NCBI RefSeq assembly: GCF_026571515.1
Contig: NW_026859721.1
Span: forward strand, 248,001-312,000
DNA: 64,000 nucleotides
Direction of reading: 5' to 3'
Source: Ruditapes philippinarum
Lineage: Eukaryota
Part shown: positions 1 through 11,830 of the stretch, piece by piece
Position numbering within the stretch: position 1 is the stretch's first letter
How the letters are laid out: every line of letters starts with the position of its first letter
Translations under genes and position numbers: made by a program
Notes under the pieces: model-generated
Seen by the model: the letters and a program-made list of their open reading frames with translations, nothing else
The model's database searches: none
Told to the model about the DNA's origin: nothing

Positions 1-759
1 TTATGTATTTCACGCTCGGTTTTATGAGTGTCGAAAATGCCTGGAGTATCAACCACTTCGATAGTTTTTCCAAATCGAGTACATACCTGAAATCAAGATT
101 TATAGCATAATTATACACATCTACACTGTAAATGTTTTATGGATTTTTTCCAATTGTATTTGAGGTTGAAACTGCCATTTCCATTCCTAGCCTACATATG
201 TAATATTTTTACATAGACGGTCACAAAGAATTGGCTGTAACAATATCGTCTTAAAAGATAATGAAAATATGCAAAAGGGCATTGTTGCTCGATACATTGG
301 AACACGTACATCTATAATATTTATTGAAAGGTTTGAAGCGTTTTTAAATTTGTTTCAAGTACTAAAATATAATTGCTGTCGAAAGTTTCTGACTACTATT
401 TATGTGTATTCTTCAATTTAGTCTGAAACGGACAAAAATGATCATAATCCGTAGGTGTTGAAGGTCACGTGGTATGTTTACGCCGTTAATTAGTTATTAA
501 TTGATGAAGTAGGCTTTGATGTGCGGTATGACTTAGTGACCTTTGGCTTTCGTGATATGGATATTTTTCCCATCAAAATAATATATAAATAACACATGGG
601 GTTTGCGGGTATCTGTAAAAATATCATCCTGAGGAAAGTACTGTTAACCGAGGGGTACAGTATTTTCACAAAAGATGATATTTATACTGTTACTTAAAAA
701 CGAGTTGTGTTTTTATTACCCCGAACAAATCATTTGAAAATCATCACAAAAAGCTTTTG

Positions 760-1728
760 ACAGACATGAAGGCATTATTGATATGAATATAGGAGATATG
801 CTCTGGGCAATATCCGGAAAATATCTTGATATTTGATCATCTTTAGTGACATTGACCTTGCAAACTTGCAAATATTAACCTTAATTACAAGTGTCATACT
901 TCTAGTCAGGATAGTTATCATTTGTGTTACAATCCATAAATAAATGATGTCTAAATGGTTCCCATACACAGACTTTGACCTCTCTATGGGACTTTGACTT
1001 CGGTAGCCGAGACCTCGATTATGTGGGCAATAAGCATCACAATGGTGAACATTTGTTCAGAATTACATTAAAATTCCTCCAATGAATGTATAAGTTCGGC
1101 TCCAAACAAGCATTTTTCAATGACCTGCAAGTGTGACCTTAACCTTGAACCTAGAGACCTGGTTCATGCATGTGACACTAATTCTCATAGTGGTGAACAT
1201 TTCTATGAAGTTTCATTAGGGTCCTACCATGCATAGAGGAGATATGCTCTGAATAAAATTTCTATATTTTATCATCTTATATGACCTTGACCTTGCATAT
1301 ATTAACCTCAATTACATGTTTCACAACAGTATTTATGATAATGACCATTTGTGTTTCAATCCCCCAATAAATGATAACAAAATGGTCCGACCACATTTTC
1401 ATATCTTTATCTGAACTTTGACATTGGCCACAGGGACCTACATTTATGCCAAGTTATATTGAAATCCCTCTATGCATGTAGAAGGTATGCTCCGGACAAG
1501 CGTTTTTCAATGACCTTTAAGTGTGACCTTGTATTTTGACCTAGAGACTAAGTTTTTGTGTGCGCAATACAGCTTCTCGTAGTGCTGAGTATTTCTATGA
1601 AGATTCATTAGAATTCCTACAAGTGTGTAGGAAATATGCTCTGGACAAAAATTTGTCCCGCTAGATTTCCTGCTCGCTAAAGGGGAAATTATAATATGTC
1701 CCGTTTTTTTCAAACGGGCGTATAAAAA
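760..1728 (+). mobile_element. Helentron/HINE-like non-autonomous element with an internal degenerate tandem array
   Basis: Recurring TGACCTTGACC/GACCTTGAA-bearing units. The 3' end has a hairpin CCCGTTTTTTTCAAACGGG followed by CGTATAAAAA. Boundaries are approximate. Confidence 0.6.
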
Positions 1729-1753
1729 AAATGTTCTGTTACCTTGTAACAGT

Positions 1754-1964
1754 TTTGTTTGTTTGTTTCATTTTACGCCTTTTTCCAACAGTATTTCAGT
1801 CATATAGGCGGGTAGTTTCCTAACCATCGTTCCTGGAGAGTTACACCAGTACTAGACTACCTTCCTCCGCGCTAAACTACCAAAGCATCTCCCGGGGATC
1901 AAACCCACGCCAGAGAGGTAACTGGATTAGAAGTCATCGACTCTAACCCCTCGGTCACGGAGGC
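1754..1964 (-). mobile_element. tRNA-derived SINE
   Basis: On the minus strand: a tRNA-like head with A/B-box-like motifs and an (AAAC)n tail. Flanked by the direct repeat GTTACCTTGTA(A)CAGT at 1738 and 1965. Confidence 0.7.
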
Positions 1965-3053
1965 GTTACCTTGTACAGTACACATGTCTTAGTCACATGC
2001 TACATTGCTTTAACAGTAAGAATTATTCCTAGTTGCATATGAGAAATTAACATTACAAAAAAATTAGGGGTAATAACTGTCACTTTAGTTGTTTCAGACA
2101 TAAGATGAACAGCTTAATAAAACATATAGATAGAACAATAGGATATCTCTTTTTTGAAAGATTTTACGTTTATTTTTATTTTGTTTATTTTGTTTTTATT
2201 CTAATTATTTCAATTTGAGATTTCCTATAGAAAGTTGTAAGCTTTCCAAAACACAGTAACGGTAACATAAAGGGAACATTGCTTATATATTACATAATAT
2301 CTTCTCAAGTCTTTGAAACTTGCAAACGTGTTAATTATTAAGTTACACGTTTTAATTATGGTCTGCACCATATGAAGTTAAAGTTAATACCTGCGCATCG
2401 CGTTGACAATCAATGTAGGTGACAAAATGTGCGCATTCAAAAGCTACTTGAAGTGCTCGCAATTAACTAATATTATATACCTTAAATGTCAAAACATTTA
2501 TATTGAACTTTATACCTTGCAATCAAAATAATGCTGAGTCACCCTTAAAGTCCTTAAATGCTACACATGCCATCGCAGATAGGTTATGAAATTTAGAAAA
2601 AACAAAAAACAAATTAATGACTTTATTTTCTATTCTATAAAGAGTCCTCATTTGAATATACAGAAAATAAATGAAAATTCCTTTCGATTCAAAGTAATTA
2701 ATACTCTAAATGAAACGAACAAAAAAGAAGACAGAAATATACCCCTGACCAGCTGGTGGTATCTGTTACTGATTTCGCTGAAAATGCTACGCAAACTTGT
2801 CTTTTCCAACAATCGAATTTCCGGTTGAACTTTTTCCATGACCTGTCTTTCCAACAAGCAAGATACGTATATCTATAAAAAGAATAGTTTACATTTGTAT
2901 GTCGTTAAATGAAATATTTCTAATATAACATCATTTTTTCCACAGAACAATTTGTTAGTACGTTACGATTTTTTACTATCTTTTGTTTGATTGTGTTACT
3001 CTTTGAAGGTTAATTTTAGTCTTTCTTGTAAGATTGTAGTGTTTTTATTGCAG

Positions 3054-3927
3054 TAGTATAGATGTTTGTTCAGCGCCACATACTGCGAATGGATTCTACA
3101 TTTAGAATGATAAAGAAATATATCAATCTATTTTATGAATGACATTATATGTCTATTTTAGAATGATACATCGTTCTTTTTAAGAATGGCATTTATTTTT
3201 AGAAAGACACCATTATTTTATTTTTATCTCCCGGATGTATACGGAGCTGACTCGTATGAAATTTGAATAACACTTGCGCGGCGACCATTTTTGATTCTAT
3301 TTAAGGAATAACGTCATCATATTATAAATAGAAACGTGAATGAAGAAAATCTTACGAACGTATACAGACCTGACTTGTATACACGATTAAGGACGTGGTC
3401 GTGCACATTAAAGATCAGTTGTTTTATATAATTCCAATCAATGTATAGATTAATCTATACAATATTTAAAAATATTCTGTATATAGTTCTCTTTATCTGT
3501 AATTAAACAATTTAGTTTATTATACAGATATATACGTTTTATTTCTTTGTTATCTCTCCGTTAGGGCTGAGCACGTGACCACGCCCTAAACCGAGTATAC
3601 AAGGCAGCCCTTTATACTTCCGCAAGACTTTTTATTTATTCCCGATTCTATTTATAAAATGATGGTGTCGTTCTTAAAATAGCATCCCAAATGGCCGCCG
3701 AGCATGTCTTATTCAACATGCATATGAGTCAGCTCCCGGGAGATAAAAATAGAATAATGATGTCATTCTAAAAATAAACGGCGTTGAGAAAATAGAACGA
3801 TGTATCATTCTAAAAATAGACAGTTGATGTCATTCTAAGAACAGAGCGATGATGTCATTTTTAATTTAAAATCCAATAAGGAAGCCGCGCATGCGCTAAT
3901 TGTGACCCTTAACCGAACACTATACTA
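3054..3927. mobile_element. Foldback/MITE-like element with long imperfect inverted arms
   Basis: About 3054-3410 is the degenerate reverse complement of about 3565-3927. Examples: termini TAGTATAG.../...CTATACTA, GGAGCTGACTC vs GAGTCAGCTCC, TTTTATCTCCCG vs CGGGAGATAAAA. Confidence 0.65.
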
Positions 3928-4365
3928 CTGGTGGTCAGATTCTATAATATCCTCTTCACTCGGCTGCAAATTTTGTACATACCCGATAAAATAAAAATTC
4001 ATTTAATTACCACAGTTAAACTTAACCCTCATCCTCTCCTTTTGACCACAGAACAGTGCATATATCATTGTGTTCGTGATTCTTTCACAAAGAGTACGCA
4101 GAAGGCATTCATGAGATTGTTTGTAAATATTGTTCTAAGAATGTACACCATTTACAGCATGATTCGACGATGCTTAGATTTTTTAACGAAAATATAATAC
4201 ATAGTTAACAGATGCTAGATAGTAATTTCGTTCTTGATGATCAAGAAGGATTATTTCATGATCATTTGACCTTTATTGGCAAGGCCAATGTGCCGAACGG
4301 CTGTGGTAATCAAGAGCAGTTTTGCATGTGGAAGAAAGTTTACTTTTCAGACTGATTAAATGTAA

Positions 4366-5665
4366 TTAAAAATAAAGCTGAAGGACAGCTAAACCCCCTT
4401 CCGCAGCGAACATGAATGTGTAATTCTTGACCTTTGACCAACCATAGGCTTGATGTTGTGTCATGCATATCATAAGCACATAACCTCACGATGGTGGTTA
4501 TTTGTGCCAAGTTATTTAAAATCTTCCATAAAGCCAAAAGGTTATGAAGAACATATAACCTTGACGTTGGGTGTAGCAACCTTGATGTTAAGCTCTGCAG
4601 ATTGTGTCATGGTGAGGATCATTTGTGCCAAGTAATTTAAAAACCTTTGAACTGCCAATAAGTTATAAAGCGGAAATAAAAAAAGATGTTTTACATTGGA
4701 CCTTTGAGTGTGACCCTGACTTGATTTTTGTGCTCTGCCAATGGTGTCATAGTAGTGATTATTCTGCCAAGTTTTTTTTTAAACTTTGCGGCGGTTTAAA
4801 TGTTATGGACAGACACGAAATATAGACTTTCTAACATTTGACCTGTAAGTGTGACCTTGACCTTTGGGGGTAGCAATTCAATTAATGCACTTTTCACACT
4901 GTCTCATTATGGTGGTCTGTTGTGTCAAGCTATTTAAAAAATCAGAGGTTTAAAGTGATGGAGGGGAATGCTATGTAGACTTATATACATTTGACCTTTT
5001 ATTATGACCTTGACATTTGGGGTAGCAACCCAATTATTGTGCTCTTTTAAAGATTTCAGCGGTTAAAAAGTTATGGAGCTGGTACGAAATGCAGACTTTG
5101 GCCGTGGGGGTAGCAACCCCTTTATTGAGCTTTGCGCGTCGCCTGATTATGGTGATCATTTGTGCTAAGTTATTTTAAACCATTTTCAGCGGTTAAAATG
5201 TTATGGGGTGGATTCAGGATGTAGACTTTTGTTTATGAAATAAAGACTTTTAACATTTGACTTTTATGTGTGACCTTGACTTTGGGAGTAGCAACTCAAT
5301 AATTGCGTTCTGCACATCATCTCATTATGGTGATTACTTGTGCCAAATTATTTCAAAACATTTTCAGCGGTTAAAATGTTATGGGTTGGATTCAGAATGT
5401 AGACTTTTAATTATGAAATAAAGACTTTTAAAATTTGACTTTTATGTGTGACCTTGACTTTAGGAGTAGCAACCCAATAATTGCGTTCTGCACATCGTCT
5501 CATTATGGTGATTACTTGTGCCAAATTATTTCAAAAGATTTTCAGCGGTTCAAAAGGTTATGGAGCGGACACGAAAGTTTTACGGCCGGACGGACAGACG
5601 GACGGACTGACAGACGGGGACCATTCCTAAAGTCCCCTTTCCGCTACGCGGAAGGGGATTAAAAA
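4366..5665 (+). mobile_element. Helentron/HINE-like element with an internal tandem repeat array
   Basis: Tandem units of roughly 120-180 bp contain TTTGACCT..TGTGACCTTGAC and GGTAGCAACCC; 5186-5365 and 5365-5545 are near-identical. A GGAC/AGAC microsatellite lies at about 5588-5618, followed by the 3' hairpin CCCCTTTCCGCTACGCGGAAGGGG and ATTAAAAA. Confidence 0.7.
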
Positions 5666-8600
5666 TAGACACAATATTTGGCGATTGGTATATTGAATGA
5701 ATTGAAGTATGTTTAAATTTTATCAATTTTGTTTGACCTCAATTTCAGCTTTGTTGTGCTCTCAACAGCCTTGAAATTGTCAGATTAGTACTAAAAAATA
5801 AAATTGAGGTACCATATGGGGAAATCTTATAAAATTAATCTCTTCATTGAAAAATGTGAAATTTTATTTTGATAATTTGCATCAAACAAAAGTATCTTTA
5901 TAAATATTTCCAAAGGAGAGAGTTGCGACATTTTAGTTGCACTGGAACTAACACTGTTATATTGACGTATATTGTTTTGAAATACTAGGATAATCAAAAC
6001 AAAGGTCGACATTTTGCAACCTTACCGGATAAACAGCATAAGCGTCATATAATTATTTCAACTGTCACAAAAATTCAATATCTACTACCTACTAAAGCAT
6101 GCATACATTGTATAAATTATTTTTCAAATGGGGAAGTTTAAAATAAATGAGAATATCTACATACCTGAATTAATACTGCACTTTTCCTTTGTCGCCATTA
6201 TTTACAGTGTTATATATAACATTATAACATAAAGTTTATATATTTCACATCGCTAAATATCCAAACAGTTAAATATTTAAAAGAAAACTTCCATATTGTA
6301 TAAACATTTGTCGATCGAAATTAAGTATGGCGTTAGGTCTTTACAAGAAGTTGAATTTGTAGCACGCATGCGTGCGTTTAAAGTACTGTATTAAGTTGAT
6401 TTAAACATATCGCGACTTGGCTATATTGAAAGAGGTATTTAAACCATTCAGTTCATCTCATAGTCCTCTACAAGTACCTGCAAAAATTGTGCATTGTCTG
6501 TAAGATTTTTTGTTTGTTCTATCTCTCATGTTTGATCACACTTTATCTGAAAACAAAAGCTCTGTATAAATGCACTTTTGATAATTGTTTGCATATCATA
6601 TTTGTGCATGGAAAATAGATAGTTAACATGTAGAAAAAAATATAACTGTAGTTTTGCTTGCCTTGAATGCATAAGTTAAACAATAAGTTTCGCAAATAAA
6701 TAATTCTCTATTTAAAAGAAAAATCAATTCGTATTTCCCGTACTGTTTGTTCTACATTGTACTTTAAATTTGCATGTGAGATCATGTTAATTCAAAATCA
6801 GTGTGCATTTTTACAGGATTAAAGCAGGAAATAACAAAAGACGATAAATAAATGATGATAAACAAGAATTCATCAATAAGAGATGATATACAAAATATGA
6901 TAAACATAAGATACAGACACTATATATCTCACAGCCTGACAATCAGTGTGCACTGTGTCAATTAACTAACTAATTAATTAATTGATCTATTTATTGTTGT
7001 TTTTGGCAAGCAATGAGACATATATAACTTTAAAAGTTATTGTAGAAAAATTTTATTTCTCAAAATCAAGCAAATGTTAGGAAAACAAGGTGCACTTTTG
7101 GCCCATTTACAAAAATCGATTTACCGCTTTTGAACAACACATTCAAGTTTTATCAGTCTAGTAAATCGACAGTTTTATAATAATAATTTCTAACGCAGAT
7201 ATTTTGCACATATAAAGTCATGTCAACCTTCAAAAACATGAACAATAAAAAATCGCACCTTTTATCTAAGATATCTCCAGTAAAGGATCTTCAAAATAAA
7301 CGTAGACTGTTGCTGTAGATTTTATTTACTTCAAGATATCGAATACAAACCTATAAAAATAATTTATTGAAATATCAAACATATTTTTTACAAAATATTA
7401 CAAAAAATAACAAGCCATTGAAAAATTGCATATCCACATTATGGTCTATTTGAGGTAAGTCGTTGCTTACTTCATAACGTGACGTCGAACCATTTTAGAT
7501 GCCGTTAACGTAGTAGGCGACATGTGTACAATACGACAATCTTTTCATATTTAATTCAAATTAATTTCACTCGTAATCAATGACGATGAATATATTTTTG
7601 TGAAAATGCTATATTATTATGCGACAATAGCATCAAAGCCCCTTTCCATTTAGCTAGGTGGAAAAATAAGTCGGAGTGTTCTCATGAGAATTCTCTACTT
7701 TATCTTTAAAATGTTTTCTTATTTCCCTTTTTAATAATGGTGATAACACGAAATCATAGCTAAAATTCTGTGCAACACTTTATTTTCCAGATAATGAAAA
7801 CAACATACTTTAACAGTTTCCAAATTTATCATAAAACATTTAATCAGATATAGCTTTTTACAATTTGAAACAAGAAATGATATCTCTTTACTTCAACAAC
7901 TGATAATTCTCAGTTCAAATTGTATGGAAGGACAAAAATATTTATAAAGACTAAATTTCATTAAGTTCACAATGAACGAATATTACAAACACAGTACAGT
8001 GTTTTAAGAAATTTCTCTATACATGTTTTGTAATAGTAAAATGCGATATTTTCGGAAACAGATATCTAGTGTGAATATAAAATTTACATTTATTTCGTTT
8101 TTGTCGGCATCAGATGTTTTAACGTTTACGCTAAGCCCTAAGCCAGGCCTCTGATCGTCTATTGACTGTGCAATGCAAACTAATGTCACGTCATCTTTGT
8201 TACGTCTCAATTTGTCTTTCTAAAACCGCCTGCGTTCACTTCAAAGATGCCCCGACCGACATTAAACCATAAAATTAATATTTGGTTAAAATCGTTATCT
8301 AAAGCGTTTATGTTGATACCTTTACCAAATAATGGCATATTTAAATGATTAATCAGATATGCCGTCGGCTTCACAAGGACTTTCCGAAGGTAGAAACATC
8401 AGCACCATCGCACTATAAAATATGTTGTTTTAAAATCGCGACATTCAAATCACGTCAAATTTTACATCATAATAGCATTAGCATTCAGCATATCGAACTA
8501 TGATGTGGCTTTGTTTGGCGTCTTTTCCTTAAATTTAGATATAATGTGTTTAACATGTGACGTAATAGCTGTGTTCGCTGCATACATGTTACTATGGTCA

Positions 8601-9024
8601 ATGAATCTCATGGCACATTTGATATTTGCACTAAAACATAGTTTTTGTATCTGTTCTTTTTGATAACATATCTTATTTGTTTAACAGTGAAACCTCCCCT
8701 ATCTTAACCACAGTTATTTAGGTCATCCTCAGTATAACACATTCCTTCCATCCATACCCTATATTATTTGAAAAAAAAACTGTAACAAGGATAAGATTAA
8801 AATGATTAATCAGATATGCTATGTCGATAAGAATCGCAAGTCTCCATTCCTTCATTGAAGAAAGTTATACGACAGCATTGTAAAATAAAAACAAACCTAT
8901 AAGAAGAAAATATAGAAGACCTAATCAGTTAAACAAAATGAACAAAAGTAAGGGAGGAGGGTTTAACACATATTCCAAATGCAAGAATAAAAGATTATTA
9001 TTTGAAACCATTACGCATGAAGAT

Positions 9025-11592
9025 TTAAATAATCGTGCAAAAAGGGAGTTTAGACATTACCCTTCTGGAAAACGCAATAAACCCATTAATTTCTTCACCT
9101 GTTTCGTCACTGTTTACTTTTGTTCTTAAATTTGAAAATTCGTCTTCATAGTCGGAACAATTCGTATGACTGACATCAGTCTGTTTTTCAGAAGTTTCAT
9201 AAGAGATTGACATTTGAGATTTCACTGCATAACATTCATATGGTCTATCAGTTTGCGCGTCAATAATCTTCAAATTACCTGTGCTGCTGCTACCACGCGG
9301 TTTAGCCATGTTTCTTTCTGTCTCTTCAATGACATCGGATCCCGAACTTGTTTCATGATGTTGGTCTAGAATCCGCCTTACGGTTTCATTTTGAATACTT
9401 GTTAATGTCTTTCCCTGTACCTTCTTAGAATAAAGAAGTAGCATGCTATTGGAAAGTGATGGGTTTTTCTCTGCATACAATTTAGTAAACGTGTATGCAT
9501 CATTTGAAAAGCTTGCGTTTTTATTTTTGGCTACTATTTGTTCCACTATTCTTAAAATATTCAATACTTGGTAGTGCGTAAAATTGACATCTCTACTTTT
9601 GTTTTGGAGAGGAACAACTCGGCCACCACAATCATTAACTAACTCCGTCAACTTTTGGTGTGGTCGTTTTCCTAAAAATTCTTCCACTTCTTCCTTTGTG
9701 TTAGTATCCGTTAGAATAACAAATGAATATTTTTTGACATCTTCACCAAACCAATTAAAGAAAATATCTTTCGTCTCTTGAATCTCTGCTGTGAATTTGG
9801 CTCCTCTCTTCAACACAAACGCAATTGCATGGAACCCAGGTGTAGTTAAAAGCAATGCTCTGATCAGCTCCTTGTGTATTTTCTCGTTATCATTAGCTGT
9901 ATCAAAAATACCAGGTGTGTCTACTATTTCCAATTTTCTGTTCAAGCGATTTGCAGCCTGAAATTTGTTCAAATCATAGTATATTATATTACTTGCTTTT
10001 ACTATGCATTTAAAAGACTTAATATTAGCGCTAAATGTTAAGTATCGGCATTGTGTTATTAGAACAATCTTATAACTGTAAAATTGAAATGACTGTGATG
10101 TATGTATATGAAAATGAGTTATATATACATGTAGATGACAAAAAGGTTATGAGAAATTAAAGATTTTTAATTTTGAGCGCATTTCTGTCTAGTATGGAAC
10201 AATTGGACGATCTTTTATATAAAAATATTTTACAGGAAAAATTGATAGGAATTTGAATAAAAGCTTATCATATATATCTTATGTAGATAAGGTTTAAAAT
10301 ATAATAATAAGTTGTCTTTTAAGAATGTTTACGGTAATTTCTTTTAAAGGTCAGACCAAATCTGTTGTAATGTTAAGTGTTCATATTTGTCTATTGTCAT
10401 TTTGTTATGGGGGATTGAAATGGTTCTACAAGTTCAGTGGAGGGTGATTGATTTTGTATGAAAGTTATTTTAACTGAACTGGTTCTTGGATAGCTTTATC
10501 ATTTGTAGCAACATTGACCACTCCTAAATTTGCTTTAAAAGTGACAACATAATATTTCATTATATTCAGTAATTTCTATATAGAAATACTTTGTATCTTT
10601 ATTCAGTTATTTAAAAAATTAAATCATAATCTTCTATAACAAAACCTGGTAAGTAAATTTATTATTTCTTTATCAGGAAATTGGTTTTTTATCGTATATC
10701 GGTTACTATACATTCACAGAACTCGTCATGATTACTTTGTTTTAATGTCTTTTTTAAACTCCTCTAAGGTATCAAAGGAACACGTAATTTGGTTTAAATT
10801 TTATTAGCGCCAACATTTGAAGTTAATTGTAACAAATGAAATTCCCTGTTTTCGTCAATTTACAACCATTCGTCAATTTACAACCATTATTTTTATTTTA
10901 TATGCATGGTGATTAAATTAAATTGTATGTTTGCATAGTCAACTTAGATATTATCTAACAAGATAACATTCTACTCATGAACATCTTGAAATGTGAATCA
11001 TTTCTACCCGAATCATGTGATAAAATATTTGTCTATGTATTTTAAATTATTGTACATGCATAAGTCTTATTATACGAGTATTTTACATTTCTCCATAGAT
11101 CTCTAAAAGCTGTTCGATAATATTAATAAGCATTTTTGGTTAATTCTAATGATATTATAATTGGTAGTATGTATAATCGAATATTATATCAAACAAGTAA
11201 GTAACATTAAATATCTGGTCAGTGAACTAACATAAAATAGTTTTGAATTTGTAATACTTTCTTACTGTGTACAAATGACTTATTTCCGTCGTAGATGTCG
11301 AACCAGACGACACTTCCGCCAAGTTCTCACCAATCAAAGTGTTGCATGTTGCACTTTTCCCGTGACCGGTTATTCCAACCAGCATTATTCGCAACTCTGA
11401 AATAATTTATTATTTTTGAAAAAAAATATGAATATCTCTTTTATCAGAAAATTGATTTTGATTGAAAATGAAACAAGTAATGTAGAAAAAAATCATGTAT
11501 GAAACATACACGTACATGTATCAAGCTAACATACCTGACTGTTTCTTGCCATCAAAGGCGAAATAATCCTCATTAATTATTGAAAAAGCCAT
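9025..11592 (-). CDS. GIMAP/AIG1-family GTPase copy 2, about 373 aa, with C-terminal CaaX (CTII)
   Basis: Exons 11592-11535 (MAFSIINEDYFAFDGKKQS), 11396-11266 (LRIMLVGITGHGKSATCNTLIG, P-loop) and 9957-9025 (IVDTPGIFDT, PGFHAIAFV, CGGRVVPLQN). GT-AG boundaries and phases are consistent. The start exon is less certain. Confidence 0.88.
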
Positions 11593-11830
11593 CCGTATTA
11601 GGAAGAGGAAAACGGCCTAAAGAAATTTGTTTATACGCTTAATTGTGACTTAGCTTTGATAATAATAAGATGAAAATATTTAGCGTTATTCTCAACCATC
11701 ATTTTACATCACATGCTTTATCTGTGCTCAAACTATCTCTAAAATCAGATATGTTATCTAAATACATGTGCAAGTAGGTCATTATTCAAGTTCGCAAAGT
11801 TCTGTAGCATATTACTGATATCCTTATAAC

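Larger units (their letters stand above)
1..6198 (-). pseudogene. GIMAP/AIG1-family GTPase copy 1, partial (runs off the left edge), with a 1-nt frameshift in the P-loop exon
   Basis: Not in the ORF track. Exon 6198-6165 encodes MATKEKCSINS (phase 1). Exon 2872-2743 encodes [27 protein letters not shown]... Exon 86-<1 encodes VCTRFGKTIEVVDTPGIFDTHKTEREIH (G3 DTPG). The P-loop exon is 130 nt against 131 nt in the other four copies, which gives a TAG at 2789-2787. This could be a real lesion or an assembly indel. Confidence 0.8.

Noticed and set aside
5827-6012. ORF with SVSSSATKMSQL, faintly like the GIMAP switch-I region
   Set aside because: There is no P-loop and no matching splice sites. 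The true exon 2 of that gene is at 2872-2743.
9235-9279. GIMAP tail motif as a RHIM amyloid motif
   Set aside because: It lacks the (I/V)Q(I/V/L)G core, so it is reported only as an unknown conserved motif.
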